Assembly: GCA_963662865.1 (NCBI GenBank)
Contig: OY759969.1
Location: forward strand, 1,424,565 to 1,488,564
Reading direction: 5' to 3'
Source: Gammaproteobacteria bacterium
GTDB taxonomy: Bacteria > Pseudomonadota > Gammaproteobacteria > JAJDYQ01
Length of the DNA: 64,000 nt
The number at the start of each line of letters is the position of its first letter. Positions within the stretch are counted from its first letter, which is position 1. Positions 20,299-29,835 of this stretch are shown in pieces. Position numbers and translations under genes: made by a program. The notes beneath the pieces are model-generated. The model was not told the DNA's origin. It did no database searches and saw only the letters and a list, made by a program, of their open reading frames with translations.

Positions 20299-21000
20299 TC
20301 AGGCACATACTGCCTGCTTGCCGGCTACAGCCCTGATATCCGCTGCTTTTATTACTGCCGTCAATACATGAGTTGATCCTGAGCAATAAAAACCATGGTA
20401 TTGAACCACGGCATTAGTTTCGACATGGATGAATTTCAGTCCATGGTTTCCTTCCAGTCGAATTTCAATCTCAGTAAAGCCGATATATTTTTTGTTTAAT
20501 GGAAAATCACATTTGTAGAAAGATTCCTTGGCACTGAACATGATGGCAGCCTGCCGTCTTTGTTCAATCGGATCATTGATATAATTTAACCTTTCGATCT
20601 CGTGTGGAATAAACAAACGAGGCCATAGATCGGATTTCAGACGCTCGCTTTCTTCCAGATCGATACCTATGGAAGCAATGCCAGCAGTTGCACCTGCTGC
20701 GGCGATACAGTAATTGCTGGTATGACTGATACTGCCGACTATACCTTCCGGCCATTGAGGACAGCCAGCCTTATCTCGATCTATTACGGGAACATCATGC
20801 CCAAAGCTTTGCAATACTTGATGAATATAATATCGACCACAGGCAAATTCGCGCTGGCGCTTTATAACGGCCGATTCAATTAAAGCTGATTCAGCTCGAT
20901 TTACATCCAGGACCTGTTTTGAGATCACACCACCGAATATCACACAGCGTCTCGGCACGAGGGTGCCTAATGTATCAATAAGCCGAGAAATTTCTTCCAT
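20299..21000 (-). CDS. 4'-phosphopantetheinyl transferase (EntD/Sfp family)
   Basis: Motifs GSISHT, IGIDLE and FSAKESFYK are PPTase signatures. Confidence 0.7.
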   Translation of the reverse strand: MEEISRLIDTLGTLVPRRCVIFGGVISKQVLDVNRAESALIESAVIKRQREFACGRYYIHQVLQSFGHDVPVIDRDKAGCPQWPEGIVGSISHTSNYCIAAAGATAGIASIGIDLEESERLKSDLWPRLFIPHEIERLNYINDPIEQRRQAAIMFSAKESFYKCDFPLNKKYIGFTEIEIRLEGNHGLKFIHVETNAVVQYHGFYCSGSTHVLTAVIKAADIRAVAGKQAVCA

Positions 21001-21031
21001 CGATTTTAAGAAAAAGCAGTTATTATTTTAT

Positions 21032-21487
21032 TCATACATGTTGCTTGAGCTGCATGGACATCCACTTCAGCAAAGCCTGCAACACTTGTCTCTCCTTTCT
21101 CTCGCATCCCTCTCTCATTGCAACCAGCCTTTCCTGTACTTCCGCAGTGAGCACTTTATATGACTCCAGCTCTGCACGGACGTCAATCAGCTCTACCTGC
21201 AACCTGTGTATCTGGCTAGCCAGCACTGATTCATTATTAGTTTCATCAGTGTTATATTTATTCATGGCATTATTTTGTAATCGCTTCACTCTCTCCAGCA
21301 TGGCAGAGGCCTCGGGATCAACGTCCGGATAGACCTTCGCCAGGGCAGACATGCGGACATGGCCTTCAAAAGACTCAAGATAACCGTCCTGGATTTTTTC
21401 CTGGATAGTGCGACGGCTAACCCCAGCGAGCTTGGCGGCTTTCGATAGATTCAGTAAGTGGTCCATTCGTTCTCTACGCACATTCAT
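21032..21487 (-). CDS. Helix-turn-helix DNA-binding protein with a C-terminal coiled coil
   Basis: N-terminal HTH (LSKAAKLAGVSRRTIQEKIQDGYL) followed by a heptad-rich tail. It lies downstream of purF in the same orientation. Confidence 0.45.
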   Translation of the reverse strand: MNVRRERMDHLLNLSKAAKLAGVSRRTIQEKIQDGYLESFEGHVRMSALAKVYPDVDPEASAMLERVKRLQNNAMNKYNTDETNNESVLASQIHRLQVELIDVRAELESYKVLTAEVQERLVAMREGCERKERQVLQALLKWMSMQLKQHV

Positions 21488-21564
21488 TTACAGGGTAACA
21501 GCCATATATCTCTACCAGGCATGTTACGTTGAAATCAGCGAAGGTCAATAATGCGGAGTAAACA

Positions 21565-23067
21565 CTACGAAACATTATGAATTTCAATGGGTTCACCGAG
21601 CTGATCAGTGCGCCTGCCCGTTTCACAGCGCTGCCTGGCGACCTCATCAAGATACTCGGAGGTTACTTCGCCGGTCAGATATTTCCCGGTAAAGACAGAA
21701 TCTTCCAATTCGGTAATGTCTGAATTCCCCTTAAATACAGCCTGCCTCAGATCTTCAAGATTTTGATAAAACAAACGATCCGCACCTATGTATTTGCCAA
21801 CTTCGTCATCAGTGCGTCCATGTGCCACCAGCTCATCAACCGTTGGCATGTCAATTCCATAAACATTCGGATATCTGACCGCCGGCGCGGCAGAGGCAAA
21901 GTAAACGCTCCTGGCACCTGCCTGTCGTGCCATATCAATAATCTGTCTTGAGGTTGTTCCACGAACTATGGAATCGTCCACCAGTAAAATATTCTTGCCT
22001 TTGAATTCAAGGCCAATTGCATTGAGCTTTTGCCGTACCGACTTTGAGCGCTGTTCCCCGGACATAATGAATGTACGACCTATGTATCGGTTTTTGATAA
22101 ACCCCTCTCGGTATTTTATACCTAATTTGTATGCCAGAGGTAACGCCGCCGTGCGTGACGTATCTGGGATAGGTATAACAACGTCAATATCATGATTGGG
22201 CCATTCCCGCAGAATATTTTCAGCCAATGCCTCCCCCATTCTCAGACGGGCTTTATACACTGCCACCTTATCAATAATTGTGTCAGGGCGGGCAAGATAA
22301 ACATATTCAAAAAGACAGGGACATAGCTGTGGATTGTCATGGCACTGCTGCCGAAATGTCACACCCGTATTTTCGATAAAGACGGCTTCACCGGGATGAA
22401 TATCATCAATCAACTCGTATTCCAATGATTGAAGGGCAACATTTTCAGACGCTATCATACATTCAGGGCCAGCATTCGTATCCCGTTTGCCGTAACAAAG
22501 CGGACGTATGCCATAGGGATCGCGAAAACCGAGCACGCCATACCCCATAATCATCGCCACAACGGCGTACCCACCTTTACAGCGTTTATGCACGCCTTTC
22601 ACTGCTTTGAATATGTCGGCGGGTGTGATTTTCAATTTACCTATACGCTGCAGTTCCTGTGCTAACACATTAAGGAGGATCTCTGAATCGGAATCCGTAT
22701 TGATATGTCTCATCTCATCAATAAATAATTCACGCTTTAACTCACTGGTATTCGTCAGGTTACCGTTATGAGCGAGTGTTATGCCATAAGGGGAATTTAC
22801 ATAAAACGGCTGTGCCTCGGCTGAACTGTCACAGCCTGCGGTGGGGTAACGGACGTGTCCAATGCCCATGTTTCCAGGCAGCTTCAACATGTGGCGCGCA
22901 TGAAACACGTCTCGAACCAGACCGTTATCTTTACGCAAATACATACGGTCATTATCCGCCGTAACGATACCAGCCGCATCCTGACCACGATGCTGAAGCA
23001 CGGTCAAAGCATCATATAAGCTCTGGTTAACCGCCGAACGGCTGACAATACCCGTAATTCCACACAT
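21565..23067 (-). CDS. purF: Amidophosphoribosyltransferase PurF
   Basis: The mature N-terminus MCGITGIV gives the catalytic Cys1 after Met removal, so the ORF-track start MSGNM is probably too long. It has a Ntn glutaminase domain and a PRTase domain ([11 protein letters not shown]). Confidence 0.9.
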   Translation of the reverse strand: MCGITGIVSRSAVNQSLYDALTVLQHRGQDAAGIVTADNDRMYLRKDNGLVRDVFHARHMLKLPGNMGIGHVRYPTAGCDSSAEAQPFYVNSPYGITLAHNGNLTNTSELKRELFIDEMRHINTDSDSEILLNVLAQELQRIGKLKITPADIFKAVKGVHKRCKGGYAVVAMIMGYGVLGFRDPYGIRPLCYGKRDTNAGPECMIASENVALQSLEYELIDDIHPGEAVFIENTGVTFRQQCHDNPQLCPCLFEYVYLARPDTIIDKVAVYKARLRMGEALAENILREWPNHDIDVVIPIPDTSRTAALPLAYKLGIKYREGFIKNRYIGRTFIMSGEQRSKSVRQKLNAIGLEFKGKNILLVDDSIVRGTTSRQIIDMARQAGARSVYFASAAPAVRYPNVYGIDMPTVDELVAHGRTDDEVGKYIGADRLFYQNLEDLRQAVFKGNSDITELEDSVFTGKYLTGEVTSEYLDEVARQRCETGRRTDQLGEPIEIHNVS

Positions 23068-23088
23068 ATTGCCTGACAACCCCTGCTG

Positions 23089-23670
23089 CTAGATGTTATT
23101 TAAAGGATAGGTGTTCATTGCCGGTTCCGCAGGCCGGGCCGGGCTATCTTCACTCTGAGTTGATTCAGCGCCACGAGTAAAATCAAAATTCTCTGCAACC
23201 TCCTCAGGAAGATATGCCTTGTAGGCAGTAATTTTTTCCTGGAAAACCGGCAATAATGTGGATTCCTTCCACCAGGGGTCCTGTGGTATGGGCGTCAGAC
23301 TGGCCAGCATCACGATTAAAGCAACAACCAGAACTCCCCTGAGGATACCGAAAACGGCCCCCAGAGTCCTATCCGTACCTGAAAAACCGGTCTTTTCAAC
23401 AAGTTGGCTCACAATATAGTTCGCGAGGGCACCTACTATCAAGGTAGCAACAAACAGTACCAGCGCTGCAATTCCTATTCTGACGGAGGGAATATCTATC
23501 GTCTCTGTTAGCATACCGGCGACAAAGGGGGTGTATTTCAGCGCCACCCAAACGGCTAACACCCAGGTCGCCAAGGATACTGCTTCCTTGATAAAGCCGC
23601 GGATCAGGCTGACGAGCGTGGAGAGTAGTACAATGCCGATGACGGCAAAGTCAGCCCAGTTAAGTTCCAT
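23089..23670 (-). CDS. cvpA: Colicin V production membrane protein CvpA
   Basis: 193-aa polytopic membrane protein immediately upstream of purF. This is the conserved cvpA-purF operon. Confidence 0.8.
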   Translation of the reverse strand: MELNWADFAVIGIVLLSTLVSLIRGFIKEAVSLATWVLAVWVALKYTPFVAGMLTETIDIPSVRIGIAALVLFVATLIVGALANYIVSQLVEKTGFSGTDRTLGAVFGILRGVLVVALIVMLASLTPIPQDPWWKESTLLPVFQEKITAYKAYLPEEVAENFDFTRGAESTQSEDSPARPAEPAMNTYPLNNI

Positions 23671-23850
23671 GGTTCTCTGTACCGGTGGTGTACTGGTTGA
23701 TCCAGAATCGGGATTCTAGCAAATCAATCTCGTAGTGTCTCACATGTGTATCAATCCAATACCTGTTGTGGTCAAATCTATCCGGACACATTGATTTTTA
23801 TTTTAACGAAGGTGATTACCTGAATCAAAAAATTCAGTCATCGCAGCAGA

Positions 23851-24678
23851 TTAACGTCTAACCGGCAATAACCTCTCTACATTACCATTAGCGATCATCC
23901 TGGCCGCTTGCGGGCTTAATTGTGCCAACCATTCCTGGATATACCGGGCATGTTCACGAACCTCACCCCAGCGGGCTTCCTTATAGGTGTCAATCGCCAC
24001 CATAAACCGGTCGGGGTATTCTTCCATCAAGGCCTTCCATTCCGGCGTCAGGTTATCGTCTTCATCCACCAGTTTTTCATACAGCGACATATCACAGTGT
24101 GCGGTTGGGTACTGCTTAACCAGGGCGCGAATTTCATGCGCCTCGTAGGAGAAGCCGCAGTGCGCCCAGACAATGGGCACCGTCGGCTGCATCTTAATCA
24201 ACGCCTCGATGGTTTCAATATCGGTATGTGCGCTGACAACCCAGTTCTGTTCGGCTGATATCCGCATCAATTCCGGCACTATCGACTTGCCATCCAGATG
24301 CTTGAACCACATATGAAATTCTCCAAAGCCACGATAAATGCCCTTGGCCGCCTGCTCGCGAATATAGTCCAGAATTTCCGGGTCATGGTGCCAGACCAAT
24401 ACGTCATCATATGATCGGTAGGGTCGGATAAAAGGAATAACAAGATCAGGAGCTATCTCATAGAGCATCTCGGTACCCCTCTCCGGCGTACTGGAAAACA
24501 CGGCTCGCCGGATGTTGTTCTCTATCAGAAACTTTATAGCCTGTTCGGGCGGCAGACGTTTCCAGACATTCTGATTGTAATGCAGGTGCATATCATAGAG
24601 TTCATAGCCCTGTACCGGACTGAATGCACATACCAGAATAAAACACAGTCGGGAAAGGTTTGAAGTGGACTTGCTCAT
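23851..24678 (-). CDS. Secreted amidohydrolase-family (TIM-barrel metal-dependent hydrolase) protein
   Basis: Signal peptide, HLHY...H...H...D metal-ligand pattern (amidohydrolase_2-like). 275 aa. Confidence 0.55.
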   Translation of the reverse strand: MSKSTSNLSRLCFILVCAFSPVQGYELYDMHLHYNQNVWKRLPPEQAIKFLIENNIRRAVFSSTPERGTEMLYEIAPDLVIPFIRPYRSYDDVLVWHHDPEILDYIREQAAKGIYRGFGEFHMWFKHLDGKSIVPELMRISAEQNWVVSAHTDIETIEALIKMQPTVPIVWAHCGFSYEAHEIRALVKQYPTAHCDMSLYEKLVDEDDNLTPEWKALMEEYPDRFMVAIDTYKEARWGEVREHARYIQEWLAQLSPQAARMIANGNVERLLPVRR

Positions 24679-24944
24679 GTCACTATTTTAGCACCCGATA
24701 TATGTTCATGTGACACTTTCACTCGCACCGGGCACGAAGTGGTGTGGCTCTCGAATACAACAAGGAACGGGACCATGGCAGCCTTGGAGGCTGGCTATCC
24801 TTCGAGGCCCCTGAGAACGCCGGATCTTCTACTTTTGAGCTGTCCTCTTGACAGGGTAGCTTACGCATCGGGATTACAAACCCAGTGCAGTATATGATCA
24901 ACTACAATAATAAAGTGCAATATGTGGCGAACTCATACAATACG

Positions 24945-24973
24945 TTGACAATTCCGGTTTGCGCCGGTAGATT
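24945..24973 (+). promoter_or_regulatory. Sigma70-type promoter for the tRNA-Leu locus
   Basis: TTGACA (24945-24950), a 17-nt spacer, TAGATT (24968-24973), then a GC-rich discriminator GCGCGGCC. It sits about 20 nt upstream of the tRNA-like fragment. Confidence 0.5.
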
Positions 24974-24993
24974 GCGCGGCCTTCGCACTTCGA

Positions 24994-25040
24994 GCCGAGG
25001 TGGTGAAATTGGTAGACACGCTAGCTTCAGGTGCTACCAG
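24994..25040 (+). pseudogene. 5' fragment of a tRNA-Leu (acceptor 5' strand, D-arm and anticodon arm only, no T-arm or 3' acceptor)
   Basis: GCCGAGGTGGTGAAATTGGTAGACACGCTAGCTTCAGGTGCTAC parallels the first ~45 nt of the downstream tRNA-Leu (GCCCAGGTGGCGGAATTGGTAGACGCGCCAGCTTCAGGTGCTGG). It then diverges. No TTCAAGT T-loop and no complementary 3' acceptor strand follow. Confidence 0.4.
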
Positions 25041-25180
25041 GGCTAAGTGGGTAGGTGCAGGAATTAAGCGTATAATCACGCGGTTACATACGGTGGGTGA
25101 CCTGAGGTTTGTTAACCCCCATCGTTTTTGTAGTAATTGCGGGTACGCATCAGTTATCCAGAACGATGCGTGTAAGGAAT

Positions 25181-25267
25181 GCCCAGGTGGCGGAATTGGT
25201 AGACGCGCCAGCTTCAGGTGCTGGTCTACGTAAGTAGGTGGAGGTTCAAGTCCTCTCCTGGGCACCA
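25181..25267 (+). tRNA. tRNA-Leu (anticodon CAG), 87 nt including CCA
   Basis: Full cloverleaf: acceptor GCCCAGG/CCTGGGC, D-loop AATTGGTAG, anticodon stem CCAGC/GCTGG with loop TTCAGGT (CAG), long variable arm, T-arm GGAGG-TTCAAGT-CCTCC, and 3' CACCA. Confidence 0.85.
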
Positions 25268-25294
25268 TTTTGAAAAACGTCGAAAGACGACGAG

Positions 25295-25331
25295 AAACCG
25301 CTTAAGACTATGATTTTAAGCGGTTTTTTGC
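25295..25331 (+). terminator. Rho-independent terminator after tRNA-Leu
   Basis: AAACCGCTTAA...TTAAGCGGTTT hairpin followed by TTTT. Confidence 0.5.
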
Positions 25332-25724
25332 CTATTGTTTTGCATCGTAGCCCCTCATAGTTTCCGTTAGCCTCAAAAATGGAGCGCGTATGGAGCGTGA
25401 GTGGAGCGCGTTTTACCATCTACAACCACTCACATAACAGGCTATCTAACGCTCCACACTGATTTTAAGTATCCGACTGTATGGCCCCACTTAGGGGTTC
25501 CAGGTTGGGCAATGGAATACTGATTACCAAATAGCCTCACTCGATTATCTATCTTTCAGAGGCAGTTGAAGCATATGAGATGTCAGGGAAACGATGATTC
25601 CATTTTATCGATAAACTTCTGGACATTATTCACCTCCCAATTCCTAGCGATATAATAACCAGCACCATCGAAGCTAATTTCAGATTCTTTATTGAAGCGA
25701 TATTTAGAATACCTTTTCTCAGTT

Positions 25725-28700
25725 TCAGTCATCTAACCCAGATAATTTCTTCCACACTGTTTGGTAATCCCCCCCAGACATAGTTGCGGATTGTGGCTTC
25801 ATTCTCTCCCAGTCGGATGCCTGCAAAGACTTCAGATACTCATTAGCAGTAGCGGGAGTAAAATTATCTGAATGAACCCTCTTAAACTCGGCTCCAGTTG
25901 CTTCGGCAATACTTCGAGGAACAGAACTCATCCTCATTAATACTGCTTCTTCGGTTTTTACGCCGTGATAAATCATCGCTGGGAGATTGTTCAGGCTTCT
26001 TTTTTCCTCATCCGACATCTCTTCAAAATTAAGACCTGAAGTAGGCATTTTACTTAAAGCGGACAAACCCCAAGCGGCATTATTTGCGAGGTCTCGGTAT
26101 ACCGCTTTACATGCCTTTGAAATCCTGGTTGTAAAGTCACCACTGTCGAAAAATGAATCTGCAATATCAGCCAAACTCTTTCCAGATACCCACGCTTGAG
26201 TAATATCAGCTAGTTTTCGATAACCTACGCCATCTTTTGTTAATTCCTCTAAACTAGATTTGAGCTGAGGAATTTTCATCATGATTCCCATTAAGTCTGG
26301 TAAAGTTTTGCTATTACTATCACCAAACAGACTAGACGGCTCCCAGCTCTCAATTGACAAATTATTTTCTAATTGCCCCATTCCCAATAATGCAGAACGA
26401 ACCCCTTCAGGAGAAAAACCAGTTGCATCTGCTAGCGTTGCATTTTCAGGATACTCAGCTAAAACTTTTACATAACTTCGAGTGGCCTTTAAAAGTGCTT
26501 CGGCTTTTTGAAAAGATGAGTCGTCACTTTTTGCGCGCAGCGCACTAAATCCTAAAGTATTACGTAGCGTTTGCTCTGCCTCTCCGATAACAATATCTAA
26601 ATTGCGTTTTTCATTCCATAGGTGAGCGATATAACTACGAAAATCCACCCACTGATCTTCCTTTATTAACGTGGAAAGATTGTTTAACTCACCAGCCTTA
26701 TACAATTCATCAAGTAATGACTCCATTCTAGAAATTAACTCTTCAATCGCTTCATTAACATAGTCTCGCACTGCTTTTTGATCCTTACCTGCTGCAATAC
26801 CTACAACTCCAACACTATTTTGACCTATTCGTCCAGTGCGCCCAGCTAAATTCCAGAAAGCGCGGTGAGACATTTGGATACCGTAAGGGTATTTCGTGGT
26901 CGCCAAAAACACGGATGAAACTGGAAAGTTCAGACCTTGCGCAATCGTTGTAGTCGCGCACATCACACGTATATGGCCAGCTTCAGTTAGCCATTCTATT
27001 AAGGCTAAGACTTCTGCTGGCAGCCCCGCATGATGAACTACAACACCTTTGGACAGCATATTAATAAGTTCGAACTTCTCACTAACTTCTGTTGCCAAGA
27101 ATCGTTGAACAAGTGCCACTTCACTTGGTACTTGTTCAAAAGCCGGAAGCTCTGCGGCTACCTTTCTGGCGATACTCCATACATCAGGTATTGTTTGAGC
27201 AATTGCTATACTCGTGCCGCGATCCGAAAATGATTTCGCCATGGCGACAGCTTGTGCAGAGAGGCTTCCTTGAACCTTTGAGTAATTAAGCTTTTTGAGT
27301 GGTCTAACGCCGTTGATCTCATGTATCCCATGTAAATGAATAGTTCTTTGAGTTGTTGTCAGTGTTTCGAAATTAAGATGCCAGTCGCCTTGCCTTTCAC
27401 CTCTATCAGAATCAAAAGGTGTGACATTAAACATACCAACCAATCTCTCGTTAGGCTGCCATGCTGTGGTCCCCAGGCTTATTGTTCTGCCTCTATCAGC
27501 GGCTAACCACTGCGCCAAATCTTCTGTATTAGGAACAAAAGGCATCATTAACAGGAAATTTGCACTTGGAGATTCCTGTTTGATCGTTGCAAGAAGCAGC
27601 TCTATTCTTAGACCGCGCTCTTTATCCTCTATGTTATGGGCTTCATCCATGACGACTAATGCCAGAGGTCGAGCAATTTTCTTGTTGCGCATTACAAGTT
27701 GTAATTTTTCAGGAGTCGCGACCAATACTTGAAATGCTTGCCGTTCTCTCAAAAGAGTTTCCTCAAATGCATCAACCTCAATAGCTCCCGACAATTGTTC
27801 TACATGAATATTTAGAGGCTCAAAATCTGAACGCAGCCTTCTAGTGATCTGCGAAACCAGAGCGCGAGTAGGCGCAACATAGGCTACCCAGCCATTATCT
27901 TGATCAAACTGGTTCAGGGCTTGCAACATCCTAAATTGAGACAGCTGTGTTTTCCCACTGGATGTAGGCAGATCTACAACAACCGCTCTACTTGCCTGAT
28001 CTAGTAATCCTTGCTCCTGTAAAGCTGCTCTTTGCGGAGGAAAAAGCTCAAACATTCCTCGATGCTTTGTTACGTGATTAACAAATTTCTTCACTCTTGA
28101 ATTCACAGTATGAGCAACCCACCATAAAGAACCTTCAGCCATTTTCCGACTAGCTAAATGAAGCCAATTCAGTACCATTTCTAACTGTACATCACGGCTA
28201 CTTTTAGCAGCTTTTACTGCTGCCTCAAAATGTTGATCAAGTTCTGAATCAATGGCTGCTGGCTCACCTTGCAGCATATAAACAGCAAGTCTTTCAGTGG
28301 CTTTGGCAAAATGGTATAGGGCAATCAATTGTAAAGCGGTAGCTTTACCCGCTGCTCCAGACTGCTCTTCGACCAGGAGAGATTCAAAGCGGGATTGATC
28401 ATTACGTAAACCAAGAACTATTTCTGATACTTTGCCTAAATCATCCCAGTCACTCTTCCGAAGCAGTCGAATCCAGCAGTCAAACAGTCTGTACAGCAAT
28501 CGTTTATCCCATTGAACATCGTCCACAGGAGGAATTGCAATTGCTTTTGGGAAATCAGAAAACCAGCGTTTTAAATCCGTCCAGCGTTCACCACAATATG
28601 CTAGCCCTGCTAAATGAAGCACATTAAATATTCGATAATCTGTATCGGTTGGAATTGGCAGAACGCGATATAAACCAAATGCCCTATAAGCGCCAGCTTG

Positions 28701-28976
28701 AGCTTGGTTTTTTAGCTTGACATTCTCTTCGCCTGTTGACGAGCGCAATACTGCTGATAAACCCTCTATGGCGGCCATCTCATAGGCTGTTGCAACATTT
28801 TCTATCTCTTTATCTGTTACCTCTGACAGATAAGTATTGTGCAGAACCTGATCTAATGCTGCTCTAATCAATCGTTCATCCGCGGCTTCAAATACTCTGT
28901 CTTGTATTTCACTAGGTATAGCTTGTACAGCCCAGTGCTGATCTATATTTTTGAGATCATGCAAGGTAAGTGTCAT
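25725..28976 (-). CDS. Ski2/Hel308-like SF2 DEAD/DEAH-box helicase, 1083 aa (HamB-like candidate defense helicase)
   Basis: Walker A (VVVDLPTSSGKTQLS), DEAH (VVMDEAHNIED), and HHAGL...ATTTIAQGLNFP motif V/VI typical of Ski2/Hel308-type helicases. The helicase core is flanked by ~320-aa N-terminal and ~350-aa C-terminal regions of unknown function. Its start overlaps the stop of the upstream 277-aa gene by 4 nt. The region is AT-rich. Confidence 0.6.
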   Translation of the reverse strand: MTLTLHDLKNIDQHWAVQAIPSEIQDRVFEAADERLIRAALDQVLHNTYLSEVTDKEIENVATAYEMAAIEGLSAVLRSSTGEENVKLKNQAQAGAYRAFGLYRVLPIPTDTDYRIFNVLHLAGLAYCGERWTDLKRWFSDFPKAIAIPPVDDVQWDKRLLYRLFDCWIRLLRKSDWDDLGKVSEIVLGLRNDQSRFESLLVEEQSGAAGKATALQLIALYHFAKATERLAVYMLQGEPAAIDSELDQHFEAAVKAAKSSRDVQLEMVLNWLHLASRKMAEGSLWWVAHTVNSRVKKFVNHVTKHRGMFELFPPQRAALQEQGLLDQASRAVVVDLPTSSGKTQLSQFRMLQALNQFDQDNGWVAYVAPTRALVSQITRRLRSDFEPLNIHVEQLSGAIEVDAFEETLLRERQAFQVLVATPEKLQLVMRNKKIARPLALVVMDEAHNIEDKERGLRIELLLATIKQESPSANFLLMMPFVPNTEDLAQWLAADRGRTISLGTTAWQPNERLVGMFNVTPFDSDRGERQGDWHLNFETLTTTQRTIHLHGIHEINGVRPLKKLNYSKVQGSLSAQAVAMAKSFSDRGTSIAIAQTIPDVWSIARKVAAELPAFEQVPSEVALVQRFLATEVSEKFELINMLSKGVVVHHAGLPAEVLALIEWLTEAGHIRVMCATTTIAQGLNFPVSSVFLATTKYPYGIQMSHRAFWNLAGRTGRIGQNSVGVVGIAAGKDQKAVRDYVNEAIEELISRMESLLDELYKAGELNNLSTLIKEDQWVDFRSYIAHLWNEKRNLDIVIGEAEQTLRNTLGFSALRAKSDDSSFQKAEALLKATRSYVKVLAEYPENATLADATGFSPEGVRSALLGMGQLENNLSIESWEPSSLFGDSNSKTLPDLMGIMMKIPQLKSSLEELTKDGVGYRKLADITQAWVSGKSLADIADSFFDSGDFTTRISKACKAVYRDLANNAAWGLSALSKMPTSGLNFEEMSDEEKRSLNNLPAMIYHGVKTEEAVLMRMSSVPRSIAEATGAEFKRVHSDNFTPATANEYLKSLQASDWERMKPQSATMSGGDYQTVWKKLSGLDD

Positions 28977-29806
28977 TGCTCATCCCCACGCAAAGCCTCT
29001 TGTGCTTTGTCTTTCAATAGAGAAATAGCGTTCTCGGGAAAATATAACGCATAAAGCGAGATACTAGTTAAGTCAGGGCAACCATTCGCTAGAGATTTCG
29101 CACAACATGAAAGGTCTGATTCATTAGGTTCTATATCACGAATGAGAACTCCGAATATCGCAACATCTCTAAGCGCAGAGCTTAAATACCGCTTTGTAGC
29201 GCTTTTAAACATATACCACCATGATGCGTTTATGGCGTGATGCCCTAGGTACCGAATCAGGCTTTTCTTTGTCCGATGAGAGTCTCTCAACCCTTCAAGC
29301 TGGTTTTTTAACCCTGTTCGACTGTACATAACACGAGGCGGAGAATGTTCATCACTCGATGTTTTTACTTCACCAAAGGCAAATCTGTAGGGATTTTCAG
29401 TATCGTCTGTCTCTTGAAAGCCTGTCAAATCTGCCCCAGCAGGGCTAGCTTCTGGATTTTTCAGGTCTCTGCCCGTTGGCCAAGGAAAAGTACAATTATT
29501 ATGATCGGCTACATAAGCTTCGGCTAGGGCTTCACCTACCAGCCAATTTTTGGGTTCTTGCTCTGCCTGCAACAGCTGACTGATTTGTGCTGGTTCAAAT
29601 TCAGTGGGGGCCAGACCAGCAAGCATGTCATTTAGTTCAGCAGTTCCTGTAGTATCAAGCAGCAAATCTTTAACGGCGCCATTGATTGCCCCATCTAGCT
29701 GCTCTTCATTATAGGCCAGCCCTCGTGCAATGACGGGCGTGCTGTCCACACTATAACTAGGCGTTGCTTCAGGTATGAGCATGTGAATAAGTCCTTTTAG
29801 TTTCAA
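28973..29806 (-). CDS. Hypothetical 277-aa protein translationally coupled to the downstream helicase (HamA/DUF1837-like candidate; possible PD-(D/E)xK fold)
   Basis: No catalytic motif can be assigned with certainty. A candidate acidic-x-Lys element (DD...FAFGEVKTS) could be a PD-(D/E)xK core. Gene size and order (small protein then large helicase, overlapping) match Hachiman HamA-HamB. Confidence 0.35.
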   Translation of the reverse strand: MKLKGLIHMLIPEATPSYSVDSTPVIARGLAYNEEQLDGAINGAVKDLLLDTTGTAELNDMLAGLAPTEFEPAQISQLLQAEQEPKNWLVGEALAEAYVADHNNCTFPWPTGRDLKNPEASPAGADLTGFQETDDTENPYRFAFGEVKTSSDEHSPPRVMYSRTGLKNQLEGLRDSHRTKKSLIRYLGHHAINASWWYMFKSATKRYLSSALRDVAIFGVLIRDIEPNESDLSCCAKSLANGCPDLTSISLYALYFPENAISLLKDKAQEALRGDEQ

Positions 29807-29835
29807 TGCTACTGATGGAAAAAATGTATATTATT

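Noticed and set aside
24700-24940. Structured-looking 230-bp segment upstream of the tRNA promoter as a candidate ncRNA
   Set aside because: It is the promoter and 5' UTR region of the divergent amidohydrolase gene plus the tRNA promoter. It shows no resemblance to 6S, SRP or tmRNA consensus elements that I could recognise.
25041-25180. Possibility that the 5' tRNA-Leu half and the downstream sequence form one intron-containing tRNA (group I intron as in some tRNA-Leu genes)
   Set aside because: The intervening 140 nt is far too short for a group I intron. The downstream copy is already a complete tRNA with its own acceptor 5' strand.
24933-25268. 111-aa minus-strand ORF and 77-aa plus ORF overlapping the tRNA region
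   Set aside because: They overlap the tRNA-Leu gene and fragment. tRNA structure explains the sequence.
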